From assembly GCA_025558095.1 (NCBI GenBank), contig JAIVFI010000042.1, positions 393,036 to 457,035 on the forward strand: a stretch of 64,000 nt of DNA. The letters run 5' to 3'. The position numbers and the translations under genes are program-made. Below the pieces are notes generated by a model. The model searched no databases. It was not told where the DNA came from and was given only the letters and a program-made list of their open reading frames with translations. This stretch comes from Hyaloraphidium curvatum SAG 235-1 (Eukaryota > Fungi > Monoblepharomycota). Positions within the stretch are counted from its first letter, which is position 1, and each line of letters opens with the position of its first letter. Below are positions 45,131 through 57,611 of this stretch, in pieces.

Positions 45131-48100
45131 CGGCCGCCCGGGGTGCCTTGCCGGGCCCGTGGTGCCCCGGGATCGGGCCATGCCCGCCCGCCAGCATTGC
45201 CAGCTGGACCAGAGATACCTGGCAGGGCGGATGCCGGGAAAGGTGGCCGCGTCGACGCGCCTCGCTTCGGGGAACCGCGCCCAGCGTCGCGCGCTCGGCC
45301 CCCCCGGAGCCGACTTGGCATCTCGCCAGAAGACCGGCACGGCGAGCGATTTTCCCGACGCCAGGTGGACCTGCTGCCGGACTCTCGGTCGGAAGGGACG
45401 AGCCGCCTCGCGGAGCGCGCCCCTCGCTTCGAGGGCACTGTTTGCCCCTCCCACGGCCGGCTTCCTCGGCGACCTGCTCCGTCGCCCAGGCGGGACAAAA
45501 GGGGGCAGCCGGTACCCCGCCGCCCGCGCACGGCTCCGGACGCTCCTCGCGGCCGGGCGGGCCCGCCCGCCGCGCGGCTTCCCTGCGCCGCGCGCGCGTG
45601 CGAGGGGAGCCGTGCCGCGACGGGGCCGCCGGAGCCCCGACCCCGCCGATTCCCGCGCTCCTGCGCCGCGCGGGCGACGCGCGCTGCACGGGCTCCCGTC
45701 GTCCCCCGCGAATGGGACGGCGCGGGATCGGGGCGGGGAAGACCGGGGAGCACGGGGCAAGGATGACCGGCCGGGCGCGGCGAGGCCCGGACGTGCCGCC
45801 GCACCGACATCCGGCGACGGAGGACGGACGCGGCACCGCCTGCCGTTCGTCGGCGCACGCGGTGCCGCGGGAGGGGACGGCGCGCGACGGACGCGGACCC
45901 GGGCCGGGGGAGCGGGGCGGTTTCCGCTGCCCCGCACGCCGTCGCATTTTCGGAGGCACGGCCGCCGTACGGGCCGGCTTGATGTGCGGCGCATTGCCGG
46001 ACCTCCTGCGAGGGGATCGAGGGATGCTCGGGCCGGGGCCGGATCCGCATCAGCCCAACGGGGATGCGAGGGACGGGGATTCCGCCACTGCCGAGCCCTT
46101 TGCGGTACCCTTGCTGGCTCTCCGGGTCCAATCGCGGTCGCAGGCATCCGCTGTCCCCGTTGCCGGCATCCTTGTAGCGGCGGATCGAGATGCGGACGCC
46201 GGACGGCCCGGGCAGCGGACTGGATTCTGAGCGACAGAGCTCGGCGGCGGGCGTCCGCTTGCCGGTGCTCCCCCGCGGGATCTGCGCGCAAGCTTCGGGA
46301 TCGTCGGCATCCGTGGTGCCTGTATCGATCTGTGGACGGAGACGGCGGTTGCGGTATTCGGCACGGAGCGCGACCCACGACCACCTTGCCACGGCGTAAT
46401 ATACCCTCGGTCCGCGGGGCGGCGGAGCGGGAACCCGCACTCGGGGATGCCATCCATCCGTTCCGCCCGTCCGTTTCGGCCCCTCCGTCTCCCGGTGCGA
46501 GAGGCGGGCGGCAGCGAGATGTGCAGCCCGAAGGACCCTGTTCCCACCCCGCCCAAGGTGCCCCGGCCACCGCTCCGCCCGACGGCCGCCGAGGATTGAC
46601 GCCACCCATCGGCTATTTAGTTCCGCCTGCTCCGATCTCTTTGTCTTGTTGTCCGCGGGACGGCAGGGGGGTGCATGACGGGCGGCCGCCGACCCTCCGG
46701 ACCGTCGGCCACCGGCCGGCCTCTGAATACCACGGATTCCGCCCCCGCCCTGAGGCATTTCCCGGTGCGGGATCCTGCCCCCATGCCGCGGCGAAGGAGT
46801 TCCGACCCGTCCTGCCGCGTTCCGCCCCGCGGCGCGGCGATTGGCGGGGAATGCGCGGCGCCGGGGACATCGAGCCCTGCGAAACGCCGCAGCGCGATGG
46901 CGCCGCCGACGCGGGGGCGGCCGCCATCTCGACCCCGGTGGGCGGGTTGTGGTCGGCGTGGCAGCTCGATCCGCCGGCTGTGGGGCGCCGCGGGGCCTGC
47001 AGGCAGCCCCCGGACGCGGTCCGCGGGCCGGGTCGGGCATTGGGCGGCCGGCCGGCGGGGCCGCACAGGGGACCGACTTCGTGCCCGCGCCTGCCCGGCA
47101 GCAGACCCGGCGGATAACGAACCTTCCCGCTGGCACCGCTGAGCAGCCCGTGGGGCGCCGGGAAGGCGGCACGCGGGGCGCGTCCCTCTACGGGCCGGTC
47201 GGTGGTTGCTGCCCCCGCCCCTCAACCTATTTCCAAGGACGACAACGCCCGATAGTGGACTCAGCACGACCCAGGGAGCCCGCTGGCATTGTCGGATGCG
47301 GGGTGGGGACCTTGTGTGGTGTGCGGAGGTACCCCGAGAGGGCAGCCGGAGGACCGCGGCCTGGAGGGCAAAGGGAAGGGGGATCCGCCGGGGATCCCCG
47401 GCAGATCTGCGACGCGGCACTTGCGGACGTCGGCCTGACCGCGGACGGCAGCGGTACTCGGACTTCGGCCTCGTTCGCAACGTCGGCGGCCCTCGAAAGT
47501 TTCGCCTGGCTACCCAGGAACCAGGACCGTGCCCACGGAACGCTCCGCTCCGACAGCCGGACCGATCGCTGCAGCACCTGTCTTCCGCTGCCACCCCGAT
47601 CCCGCCGCTCCCCGGGACGATCGCAGGCCTCGGCGCTGCGGGGCACCTGCGGACGATTTCGGCGCCCGGACCACGGTAGCTCCCGATCCCGTCACGCTGC
47701 TTTTCCGGCTTTCTCCCACCGGCGATGAAGGAGCGGATACCGGAACGTGTGTCTGCACCGCGGGAAGGGCATGGAGTGGAGCTGTTGGATCGCGAACGGA
47801 CCCGGCACGGAGCCGCCGCTCATGCCGGCAGGAGCGCCCCCGACCATAGATTCCCCGCCACTGCCATCGCCACCACCGCCAGCGGACTACTGCAAACCCC
47901 CCGGACATACATCTGGGCCCATCTGACGGGCGCTGTCATGCCTTTGTGGTGCGCGGATGTTGACGGGTCGAGACACCTCTGCATAGCAAGCCCAAATGAG
48001 ACTTGCTCCGCTCATCCGCACCGGATCCCGCGGCGTCAGGTGCTCTCTGTGCCCTGCCCTGCGCAATCCGACGTGAGCGGACCTCGCGGCTGCTCGGGAA

Positions 48101-49575
48101 ACCCGGCGCAAACTCGGAAGGTCGCCTGCACGGACCGCGCCTGACCTCTTTGCCTCCCGCGGCCCGGTTTCTCGGGGCGCCACTCTTCCAGCGACGGTTC
48201 CGCAGCGTGCACCTGGCTGTATCGGCAGCAGCGGACTTGGTTGCTGTGGAATGGATCGACCCCTTTGTAAACCCTTGCCTTTGTCGGACTCAGCGTGCCC
48301 CCAGCACCCCCACCGCCGCGGAACGAAGCCAACGTCCACCCCGTGCTGCTGGCCAGGATCACCGGCGGGGTATCCTCCATGCCGTGATGGCGCTGGATCA
48401 GCGACGCGGGTTTCGGGCCGGGCAACCGGCGTCGGACCTCTCTGGGGCATCCGGGGTTTGCGCGGCTGGGGTCTGCGCGGCTCCCAGACCTCAGTTCGTG
48501 TGACACGCACCGAGAATCTCCCTGCGACCCATCGGGAGGTCCATGGCGCGCCAGCCATCCGGCCGACGCACCCCGCCGCCGGCCAACGGCACGCCCGCAG
48601 CCTTCGCCACACCGCGGATCCCCTGCCGATCCCCCGCGCCCGCCCGGTCTCCGCGCCCCCCCGCGAAGCAGGGCGATCCATCCGCCCGCTTTCCGAACAC
48701 GAACCGCGCTGGACGCTGCTTATCGCGCCGGTAGTTTGGCCGGATGGCACGGCCGACCGCGCGGGTGCGGTCCCCGCACCCTTGCCCCCTTTGCCCCCCG
48801 CCCGCCCGCGGTCGGCCGCGTCGGCCGCGCCGGCCACGGCCCGCTGCAAGGCCGGCGCAGCGATCGTGCCCCAGTGGTGCGACGTTGTTTTGTCCGACGC
48901 TGAATGGACCGGGCGGGGGGCGGCTGTCAGTGCCGCGGGACGAAGAGTGGGGCCGGACACCAGCCCCGACGTCCCAGGGACGGTCCGCGCCGCGGGATCC
49001 GCCGGTGCGGGGGAGGATGCGGATGATGCGCACTCGAGGCCGGCGGGTCGAGCGACGTGCGGGCCGGGCGGGGGCCTGGGCGTCGGCAGGCGGATGGTTT
49101 TGCGGGCAGGTGGGAGGCTGGTGGAGCCTAATGGCGGTGGGAGCGGGTGGGGAGGTGAATTCGGCGATCGGCGGGCGGCGGGGAGAGCGGAAGTGATGCG
49201 GGTATTTGATTGCTCCCCCTATCGTTCCGGCCCTTGCCGGCGGCCGCGCGGAGTCGCGGGGATTTCGGTCTAGGGTCCGGGGCGGACGGTCCGGGGACCG
49301 ATCGCGGGCACGTCGGCGGCGTGGGCGGCTGGCAAGCTGCGTGCGTGTAGCTGACGGCGTCGCTTGCCGGAGGGTTTCCCTGCCGGCGGACTCGGACACG
49401 GCGGAAAGTCGCCGGGGCGGGGAAATGATCGGGTTTGTGGGCGGGTGGGCCCGGGCCTAGCCCACGGCCGCGGGCCCGATTGCGCCTGATTGCCAGGCAA
49501 CCCGCGGCCGGGCCACCGAGGGCGGGCCCCTGCGGACCCGCCAGCCACACCTGCCCGCCGCCCGGTGCAGCCGGC

Positions 49576-50571
49576 ATGGCGGCGCCGTCGCGGCCGGCCA
49601 AGAGCCGCGTGTCGTGCCGCTCCTGCGCGCGGAGCCACATCCGCTGCGACCGCCTGCTGCCCGCGTGCTCGCGCTGCGCTGACCGCGTCGGCGGCGTGCC
49701 GTGCGAGTACCCCGACCCGGCGCCGCGCCCGCTGCGCTCGCAGTCGGACGACTTTTCCGGGGCAACCACCGGCGGCCCAACCGCCGGCGGGCCCCCCGCG
49801 CCCGCCTCGCCCTCCAAGCGGCCGCATTCGCCGGACTCCCTGCTGGCGCTGGCACGTCCTCCCCCGTGGGGCTGGCAGGGCGCCGCCGGCCACGGGCAAC
49901 TGGGGATGCCGCCACAGCCAGACTACTACGGCCAGCAACAATGGCGGCACTCGGCCCCGCCGTACTGGGCGACCCCTCCTACACAGCCGTCCTTGCCAGG
50001 GGGCAAGCCGCTGCCGCCATGGGCACACGCCGGCCCGCCCCACGTCGCCCAGCCACAGGCCCGCCCGTACTCCCCGTGGCCGTCGGTGCCCCAGCCCTCG
50101 GGACCCGCCCATCCCGGCAACTACGGGGGCGAACACGCGCAGCTGCCCGTCTTTGACTCGGGGGCACCCCCCTCGGATTTCTCGCGGACCCTGTCGGTCC
50201 GATCCCCGGCACCGACTTCGACCTCTTTCACCGCCTCGACCTCGTTCGCCGCCTCTGCCTCCCTCAGCCTCGACCACGGGATCGGGAAGGTTTCTCCGAT
50301 CTCCCCCTTCGTCCCTTTCGGGGCAGGCGGCCCATCCGCCGCCCAAAACGGCGCCAAAGCACCCCCCGCCGCCGACCCCGGGCGCCGCGCCTCGGCCCCG
50401 GATGCGGGGCGGATGTCGCTATCCTTCCTCCTATCGGACGGCGACCCGCCGTCCGTACCCCGCCGATCTTCCGCCCATCGGGATGGGGGCGGGGCGGACG
50501 GCGGGGAGGTTTCGGCGCCCGATCCCTCGATCGAGGACGCGCCCGAATCCCCGGCAGGGGGCCCGAACTGA
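49576..50571 (+). CDS. Short Zn(II)2Cys6 transcription factor (331 aa), paralogue of 44393-45130
   Basis: SCRSCARSHIRCDRLLPACSRCADRVGGVPCEYP; C-terminal GRMSLSFLL. Confidence 0.9.
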   Translation: MAAPSRPAKSRVSCRSCARSHIRCDRLLPACSRCADRVGGVPCEYPDPAPRPLRSQSDDFSGATTGGPTAGGPPAPASPSKRPHSPDSLLALARPPPWGWQGAAGHGQLGMPPQPDYYGQQQWRHSAPPYWATPPTQPSLPGGKPLPPWAHAGPPHVAQPQARPYSPWPSVPQPSGPAHPGNYGGEHAQLPVFDSGAPPSDFSRTLSVRSPAPTSTSFTASTSFAASASLSLDHGIGKVSPISPFVPFGAGGPSAAQNGAKAPPAADPGRRASAPDAGRMSLSFLLSDGDPPSVPRRSSAHRDGGGADGGEVSAPDPSIEDAPESPAGGPN

Positions 50572-51707
50572 CCGCCGCGGGACGGCGGAGGAAACACGCG
50601 GGATGGCTGACAGATGCTGGCCGATTGCCTTGCAAGGATGTTTATAGACCGGCGCGGGTTCCCGCCGGAGCAGAGTGTGGTAGACAGCGCGCGGAACACC
50701 CCCTCCCCCGACTTCCCCCTGTCCTTCCCCATCCACCCCCCGCCGCGGCCCAACCGTCACCCCCCGTATCCCCCGTCCTTCTTCCGTCACCCCTTCACGG
50801 CCGGCCCAGCCACCGCCCGCCCGCCTGCCTGCCTGGCCGATGCCGCCCGCGATAAGCTGGCGATCCCGCCGCACCCAGGCCCCCGCGGCCCGACCGGGCC
50901 GCCCGACCTGCCCTTGCGCACGCCCCGCCTGCGACCGCCGGCCTCGCGTTCAAATTGGCCCGCGGATGGCATCGCGCGGCCGTGCTGGGACGTGGGATGC
51001 GAGGGGGGCCGGGGAAAAAGGGCCGACGGGGCAAGGTGCGGAAACGGCCACGTAGGGTGCCGCACCCGCCGGCCGTGGGATCGGCCGCGGGCGGTGCCGT
51101 CGGCAAGGCGGTCGGGCGAAAACCGGGGGCAGAAGCGCGGGATGTGCAGCCGTGGAGGGCACGGATGGCGGGACCGCGTGCTCGGGGCCGGCCGGATAAA
51201 GGGGACGGAATGGGAGGCAGGGGCGGTGTTCGGGGCTGTGGTTCGAGGGGAATGCCCAAAATCGCTTCCGCGGGGTCCGGGACACAAGACAACAGTTGGT
51301 TGGAATCCACTTCCCCTCCGGTTACCCGATCTTTGTATCGCGCGGCTGCCCTCGCGCTGGCCGGGCGCGAGTGGTTTTCAGCTTTTTGAGTCGGCCGTCC
51401 GCCCTCCGAAATCACGCCATTCCCACGGCCGATGCCGGCGGGAACCTTTAAAAGAAGCCTAACTGGTACCACCGACCAAAGTGGAAGTCGGCTGCGGGTG
51501 GTTTGCTGACGGTTTTGCCGCCGGCCGCCGAGGGTCCGCCCGGCTCAGCACGGCCACCTGCGTGCTGATTCGTCGGCAGCACCGAGCAAACATGCCCCGC
51601 TATAAGTTGGCCGACCCTGGGCGTTGCTTCCAGCGGACTGCACCTCGACGCCGGGAAGACTTTCCCCACACCGGATCTCCCCGACCTCCGCGGGCTCCGT
51701 TGTTGCA

Positions 51708-52776
51708 ATGCGCCCCGCCGCCCTCCTCGCCGGCCTGCTCGCCCTCTTCGCCGCCCCCGCGCTCGCGCACCCAGGTCACCACGACGCCGTCGACACCGCC
51801 GCGCTGGCACGCCGCGCCCCCGTCCGGTGCGGGAAGCGGCAGCTCGGCTGCGTGCTCGCGCCCGAGGTGCGTCTCCCTCGACGCCTCCCGGGAGGGGACT
51901 TGGCCTTACGTTGCGTTCCGCGAGCAGATGACAGAGGGCCCGTACTACTACTCCCAAGACGCCGTCCCCGTGCGGGCCAACATCACCGAGGACCGCACCG
52001 GCATCCCCGTCCGCCTGTCCGTGACGGTGGTCGACGTGACCACCTGCAACCCCGTAGCCAACGCCGCCGTGGACATCTGGCACTGCGATGCCGCGGGGAC
52101 CTACTCGCACTACACCTCGGGCAACGCGAGGGTGACGGACGGGACGACGTTCCTGAGGGGGATCCAGCTCACGGATGCCGAGGGCAAGGCAGAGGTCGTG
52201 TCGGTGTTCCCGGGGTGGTACAACGGGCGGACCACGCACATCCACCTGAAGGTGCACCTGTGGGTTGCTCGCATCTCCTCCCGCCCGTGTCAGCATGGTG
52301 ACCCCGTTGCGCTTCCCAGCGACGGCACCATCTCCTCTGACGGCACCCGCTACGTCGGCGGCTCCGTCCCTCACACCGGCCAGCTCTTCTTCCCCGAAAA
52401 CACCACCGACGCCGTGTACGCCCTCGCGCCCTACTCCTCCCGCGACGGCACGCGGATGCTGCTGACCCAGGACGGGATCTACAACCAGGGCGGGTCGTAC
52501 GGGCTGCTGACCGTCAGCGGGAGCCCCGGGAGCGACGGGTTCACGGGGAGCGTGACGGTGGGGATCGAGGGCGGCGGGACGGGGGCGACGGTGACTACTG
52601 CGGCGGCGGCTGCGACATCGACCAGCGCGAGCAGGGCGGCAACCTCGACCGCGGCAGCCTCTGCGGCGTCGAGCACGACCAGCCGGGCAACATCGACGCA
52701 GGTGCCTTCGGGCGCAGGGAGGAAGGAAATCGGGGCGGCGCTGGGGATCGTCGCGGCGGCAGCAATGATGCTGTGA
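51708..52776 (+). CDS. Secreted intradiol ring-cleavage dioxygenase-like protein, probable GPI anchor
   Basis: Signal peptide + HPGH, CVLAPE|MTEGPYY, DIWHCDAAGTYS, FLRGIQLTD, FPGWYNGRTTHIH, GQLFF; Ser/Thr stalk and hydrophobic tail. Confidence 0.9.
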
Positions 52777-52994
52777 TGGATGGTGTTCCATTTGAAGTAC
52801 ATTTGTTTCGCAGCCGATCTCGCGCCGGGGGGCCCGCATTCGTCCGTTCCGACTGTCGCGACGCCGATGTGTGCCCGGGGATGATTCCAGGGGCACCTCG
52901 GAGCTTGCTTGGGGCACGGACCGCGACGACTTGCCGCCGCAACACGGCGCCGATTCGCGGGAGACAAACACTCCTCCGCGCCTCCCGCTGCCCC

Positions 52995-54198
52995 ATGGCC
53001 GCAGCACGGATGCCGGCCGGCAAGCACGCCGGCCCTTTCACCCGCATCGCCATCGCCGGCGCGCTCAAGACCTCGGCGGCGCACTCGACCGGGAGCCACA
53101 TCGCGCGGGCCGTGCTCGCCGCGAACCGCGTCGCGCCGGGCACCTTCTCCGACGTCCTGCTGGTCGGCCGCGGCGAGCTCTCCTCGCTGGACGCCGAGAA
53201 GCGCGCGTCGGCGGCCGAGTTCATCGCGATGGGGGCGCGGTACGCCGCGGTGGACTATTCCGACGAGGAGCGGACGGCGAGGACGCTCGAGGGGATCCAG
53301 TGCGTGATCTCGTGCCTGTCCGTGTCGGACGCCCAGGCCATCGGGGTTTCGGAGCCGGCGCTGGTGCGGGCGTCGGCGAGGGCGGGGGTCACCCGCTTCT
53401 TCCCCTCGCAATGTGGGTTTCCCGCTCCCGAGGCGTCGGACTCTCGCGCTGACGAGCTGTCCATTCTCACATCCGCGCCTATCCCTTCATTATGTGTGGA
53501 CAGACGGCCCTGACGACGAGAACCTCCCCCCCGAGCGGATCTGGCGAATCTCAAAACGCAAACGCGCGGTGATCGACCTAGCCCTTTCCCTCGGCCTCGA
53601 ATACACTGCCGTGGTCACTGGCATCTACTACGATGTCATCTGGGCCCACAACGGGGTGATGAATTGGTACGATGAAGGCGGCAAGGCCCGCGCTGTGGTG
53701 GCCGGACCGGACGGCAGCGGGACGATCATGTCGGTGTCGCTGGACGACATCGGGGCCTACGTGGCGGCGATGCTCTCGGATCCGGACCAGACCAAGTCGC
53801 GCAACCGGACCGTGAGGCTCGTCGTGGATACGTGGAAGACGGGGGACCACGTGAAGCTGTTCGAGGAGCTGACGGGGCGCAAGGTGGAGGTGGAGCGGTA
53901 TCCGCTCGGAGACGGCGTCGGTGGGTCGCTCCCCGGCGCAAACGGCCTGTGAGCCCCATTTGACGTTCCTTCCTGGCGCCCAGCGGACCGTTCGGACTAC
54001 CCACAGTACCCCCGCCTGCTCGCGCACAACCACTACCGGATCGACCCCTCCCTGAGCGACATCGGCAAGTGGCCGCAGGTCCGGCCCAAGCGGATGCGCG
54101 AGTGGCTGGCGGAGAAGCTGGCCGGGGGCGGGCTGACGCGGTTCCCGGAGCCGCGGAGCGGGAGGCCGGCCGAGGCGCCGGGGGCATCCAAGATGTGA
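52995..54198 (+). CDS. NmrA / isoflavone-reductase-like NAD(P)-binding protein (3 exons), ends in SKM
   Basis: IAIAG...TGSHI, VDYSD, GIQCVIS, AGVTRFFPSQ|YG, LEYTAVVTG, SLDDIGAYVA. Confidence 0.8.
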
Positions 54199-54429
54199 GG
54201 CGTCGGAGGGGGCCGGGGCAGTGACCCGGCGGACGAACGGCTGCGGAAGACGATCGCAATGTATAGTGGGACGAGTAGATGGCCTTGAGTTGAAAGACAG
54301 GAAACTTTGTTCACTTGTTCCGTAACCAACGATACAACCTTCCGCCGCCTCAGTTCTCCATGACACCGTCCCCTTGCTCCCATAGATCCCCGCCCGCACA
54401 CTTGAAGAGAAACGACCGCCGTCCCGCGG

Positions 54430-56799
54430 TCACCAGTACGCCCTCAGGTTGGGCAGCTGCCCCACGTCGACCCCCCTCGCCCCCAGCATGCTCGCCAGCG
54501 CCGTGTCCCGGATCAGCGCCTCTGCCCGTGCTGCATTGGCGTACATCTCCGCATCCTCGGGCAGGTCCGGGGCCAGCATCGACCTGGCCGGGTACTCCTC
54601 CTTGGAGTACGTCTCGCACTCCTCCACCTCGTCCGCGAACCGCACCCGCCGCGCCCTCCTCCCCTCGGCCGCGCTCAGCACCGAGCCCCACTCGCTCGAC
54701 GACTCGTCCCTGTCCCCCTCGCGGGGCTGCTCCGCCGCGCACGCCCAGCACTGCCCCTCGCCGCCCCACGGCGTGCCGTGCGGGCAGTTGCGCGCCGTCT
54801 GCGAGGCCAGCCGCATCATCTGCACGTCGGCGGGGGACAGCCGTGTGCGGTCGCCTTCGAGCAGGGCGAGGAGGAGGAGGCGCACGCGGCGGTGGCCGTC
54901 CCGCCCCGAGGCGTCCAACAGGTCGAGGCAGGAGCGCACGTCGGCCGACAGGCCCTCGTAGAGCTGCAGCGCCCTCGCCTGCTCGTGCTCGGGCGCGCGG
55001 GCGACCATCCAGCGGAACCGGCGCAGCACGAGGAGGTGCATCCACGAGGCGGCGGTGGCCGAGTGGCACGCGGCGTGGACGAACGGGTCGCGGGCGACCT
55101 CGGCGGCGCCGCGGGAGAGGAGCATCCGCGCGGCGCCCGAGATGGCCATGGCGCTGCGCGCGGCGTCGGCGAATGCGGGGGTGAGCGACCACAGGTGGAT
55201 CAGCGGCGAGTCGTCGGGCGAGCCGGGGCCGTCGGGCTCGGGGCCCTCGAGGTCGGCAAAGGGGGCGGGCGACGAGAGCAGCATGGCGTTGAGCCGCAGC
55301 AGGGTGAGGTAGCCGAGCAGCTGCTGGCGGCTCAACTGCGGCATGGCGAGCGCGTCGGCGGCTGCGTCGAACGCCGCGGCGTCGGCGTCGCGAGCGGCGT
55401 CGGCCAGCGCGGGCGGCAGGCTCGACTCGATCGCCGCGAGCGCGCGGCGCAGGTACGTCCGCCGGCGCACGGCCTCGGTCAGGAGCGGGTGCGACACGGC
55501 GGCGGCGATCGCCGGGTCGGCCCGCTCCCCCGGCCGCTGCAGGGCGTCCTCGGCGCACAGCAGCTCGACCACGTTGAGCCCGGCGTCCTTGAGCCAGTTG
55601 CCGAACTCGGCCGTCTTGAAGTGCAGGTAGACGATCAGGCCCGCCAGGTGGGTGTCGCCCGCCTCGTCCAGCCGCGACACGCACGCCTCGAGGGCGGCCT
55701 CGCGCGCGGCCGGGTCGTGCACGGGGCGGAGCGGGTCCAGCCACCCGAGGTAGCCCGTGCAGTCGAAGGAGGGGATGCGCGCGCGCAGGTGCGGGGGCAG
55801 CTGCGCGTCGGGCGGGCGATGGCCGGGGCCGGGGATGGTCGAGAGCAGCCGCGCGGGAAAGGGGAAGGGCGCGGTGGGGAAGTCGCGCAGCGGGTCGGCG
55901 AGCCGCTGGTCGCCCTGATCGAGCGCGAACCAGCTGAACGCGGGGGGTCAGCGGATCGGCGCGCACCCGAAGCGGCGTGCAACCCACCCATCAAAGCTCA
56001 TTGCGACCCAGAAGATGTTGACGAACTGCTGCCGAAACAGCCACTCGTCGAGCGCCTCGTCCGGCGGCGCCGGGTGGTCCTCGTCGCCCGGCACGCCGCA
56101 GCGCCGCCACATGTCCAGCAGCTTGGACAGCGTGCCGCGCGCCTGCACGCCGATGTACACGATGCGCACCAGCAGGGCGACCTGCAGCGCGAGGTGCTCG
56201 GGCGAGGAGAGCTCCTCGGGCGGCGCGGCCCAGAAGGCGTCCAGGCCGGCGTCCAGCAGCTTTTGGAGCTGGGCGTCGGCCTTGGTGCGCAGCTGCCCCA
56301 GCGGCACGGCGGCAAAGCCCTCCTGTGTCGCCGGGAAGACGTGCAGCAGCGCCTCTGCGCCGACCCAGTGCACGGCGGCGCGGAAAGCGGGGTGGCGGTA
56401 GTACGCCCGCCACCGCGGGTCGCCGCCGCCCGCCTCGAACGGCGCCCCCTTGGCGTCCCGCCAGTCCGGCTCGTCTGCGTCGGCGACGCCGTGCGCCTCC
56501 CTGAACGACGGCCGGTGCAGCGCCGGCGAGTCCGGGGGCACGGCCGCCAGGAAGGCCTGCAGCAGCGCGGCCTCGCCCTGCGGCGTCAGCTGCAACTCAT
56601 CGTGGACGTCGTCTGCCGCCGAGGGAGTGCCTGCCGGGGGCGCCCCTTGGGACGCCTGGGGCCCTCCCGGCCGGGGCTCCCGCGGATGGCCGGCCGGCGG
56701 CCCGCGCGACGGCTCCCGCGGGGGCGCCCCGAAGCTGCGCCGCCGCGGCACCGCCGTCTCGCCGCCGCGGTCCGCGACCGCCGTCTCGTCCATCGCCAT
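54430..56799 (-). CDS. Fungal transcription-factor middle-domain-like protein without Zn cluster; C-terminal PP1-docking-like motif (2 exons)
   Basis: LLQAFLAAVPPDSPALHRPSF and EWLFRQQFVNIFWVAMSFD resemble Fungal_trans hallmarks; intron ~55987-55934; tail RRVRFADEVEECETYSKEEYPARS. Confidence 0.75.
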
Positions 56800-57611
56800 T
56801 GGGGCGGCGGAGGTCGCGGCCGACGGCGGGGATGGCCCAGACCGGCGGCCTTGCGGGCGGCGACCTCCAAACCGCAGGCCACACGGCCGACACACCGCCG
56901 GCCATCCTCGGCCCCGCCGCACCGCCGCATCATCTCCAATAGCCGCACCGGATTCATTCCCGCACCGCATCCCACGCCCCGGGGGACTCGCCGCCGTGTA
57001 GGATCGACGAGTCACCGGGCGTGCGTCCCTAGCCCTGGAATTAGGCTCCCCCCGGGACCCCCGCCCAGACCCCTGCCGCCTCCCCGCCGCCCCTTGCGAA
57101 TGCGGGGCCCGATTGCCCGGCACCCTTTCGCAGAGAGCTTCCAGTGTCGGCAACGAACCGCCCGTTCCGGCCTGCCCGCGCACCGCCGCCCCGCCGCATG
57201 CACCCCCCGCCCGCCGCATGCCGGCCGTCGCCGGGTCCGCCTTGCCGCCTGCCGCCGCCTGCCCTTGCACCGGATGGGAGGCAAAGCACGCGGGAACCAC
57301 CGGGTGGCAATGCGCGTCCCGCCGTCGGCGGCGTGTGCGCCCTGCGCGGACCGGCGGCACCAGCCTCCTTCGGGTCGCGCTCCCGCCGGGCCCGGGGTGC
57401 GCCGCCGCCGGGCTCCCATCGCGGCCGAGCCGGAGGCGACGGATGCATCCCAGCGGTACGGTGCCCGGCATGCGGTGCCCGAAAACGCATTGGCTCCCGG
57501 TCCCAGCGGATCCGTCGAGGCGTTCCCAGACTGTATTCCATCCACGCGTTCTCCAAAGGCAAGAACCCTCCCCTTCCCACCGTCTATATCCCTCGCCCGG
57601 CCCCGGTCCGC

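Noticed and set aside
43936-49400. Very long Arg/Pro/Gly-rich ORFs (e.g. 44232-47117, 44707-47172, 43936-46230)
   Set aside because: Typical stop-poor shadow frames of very GC-rich DNA; no domain motifs or codon bias outside the Zn2Cys6 gene.
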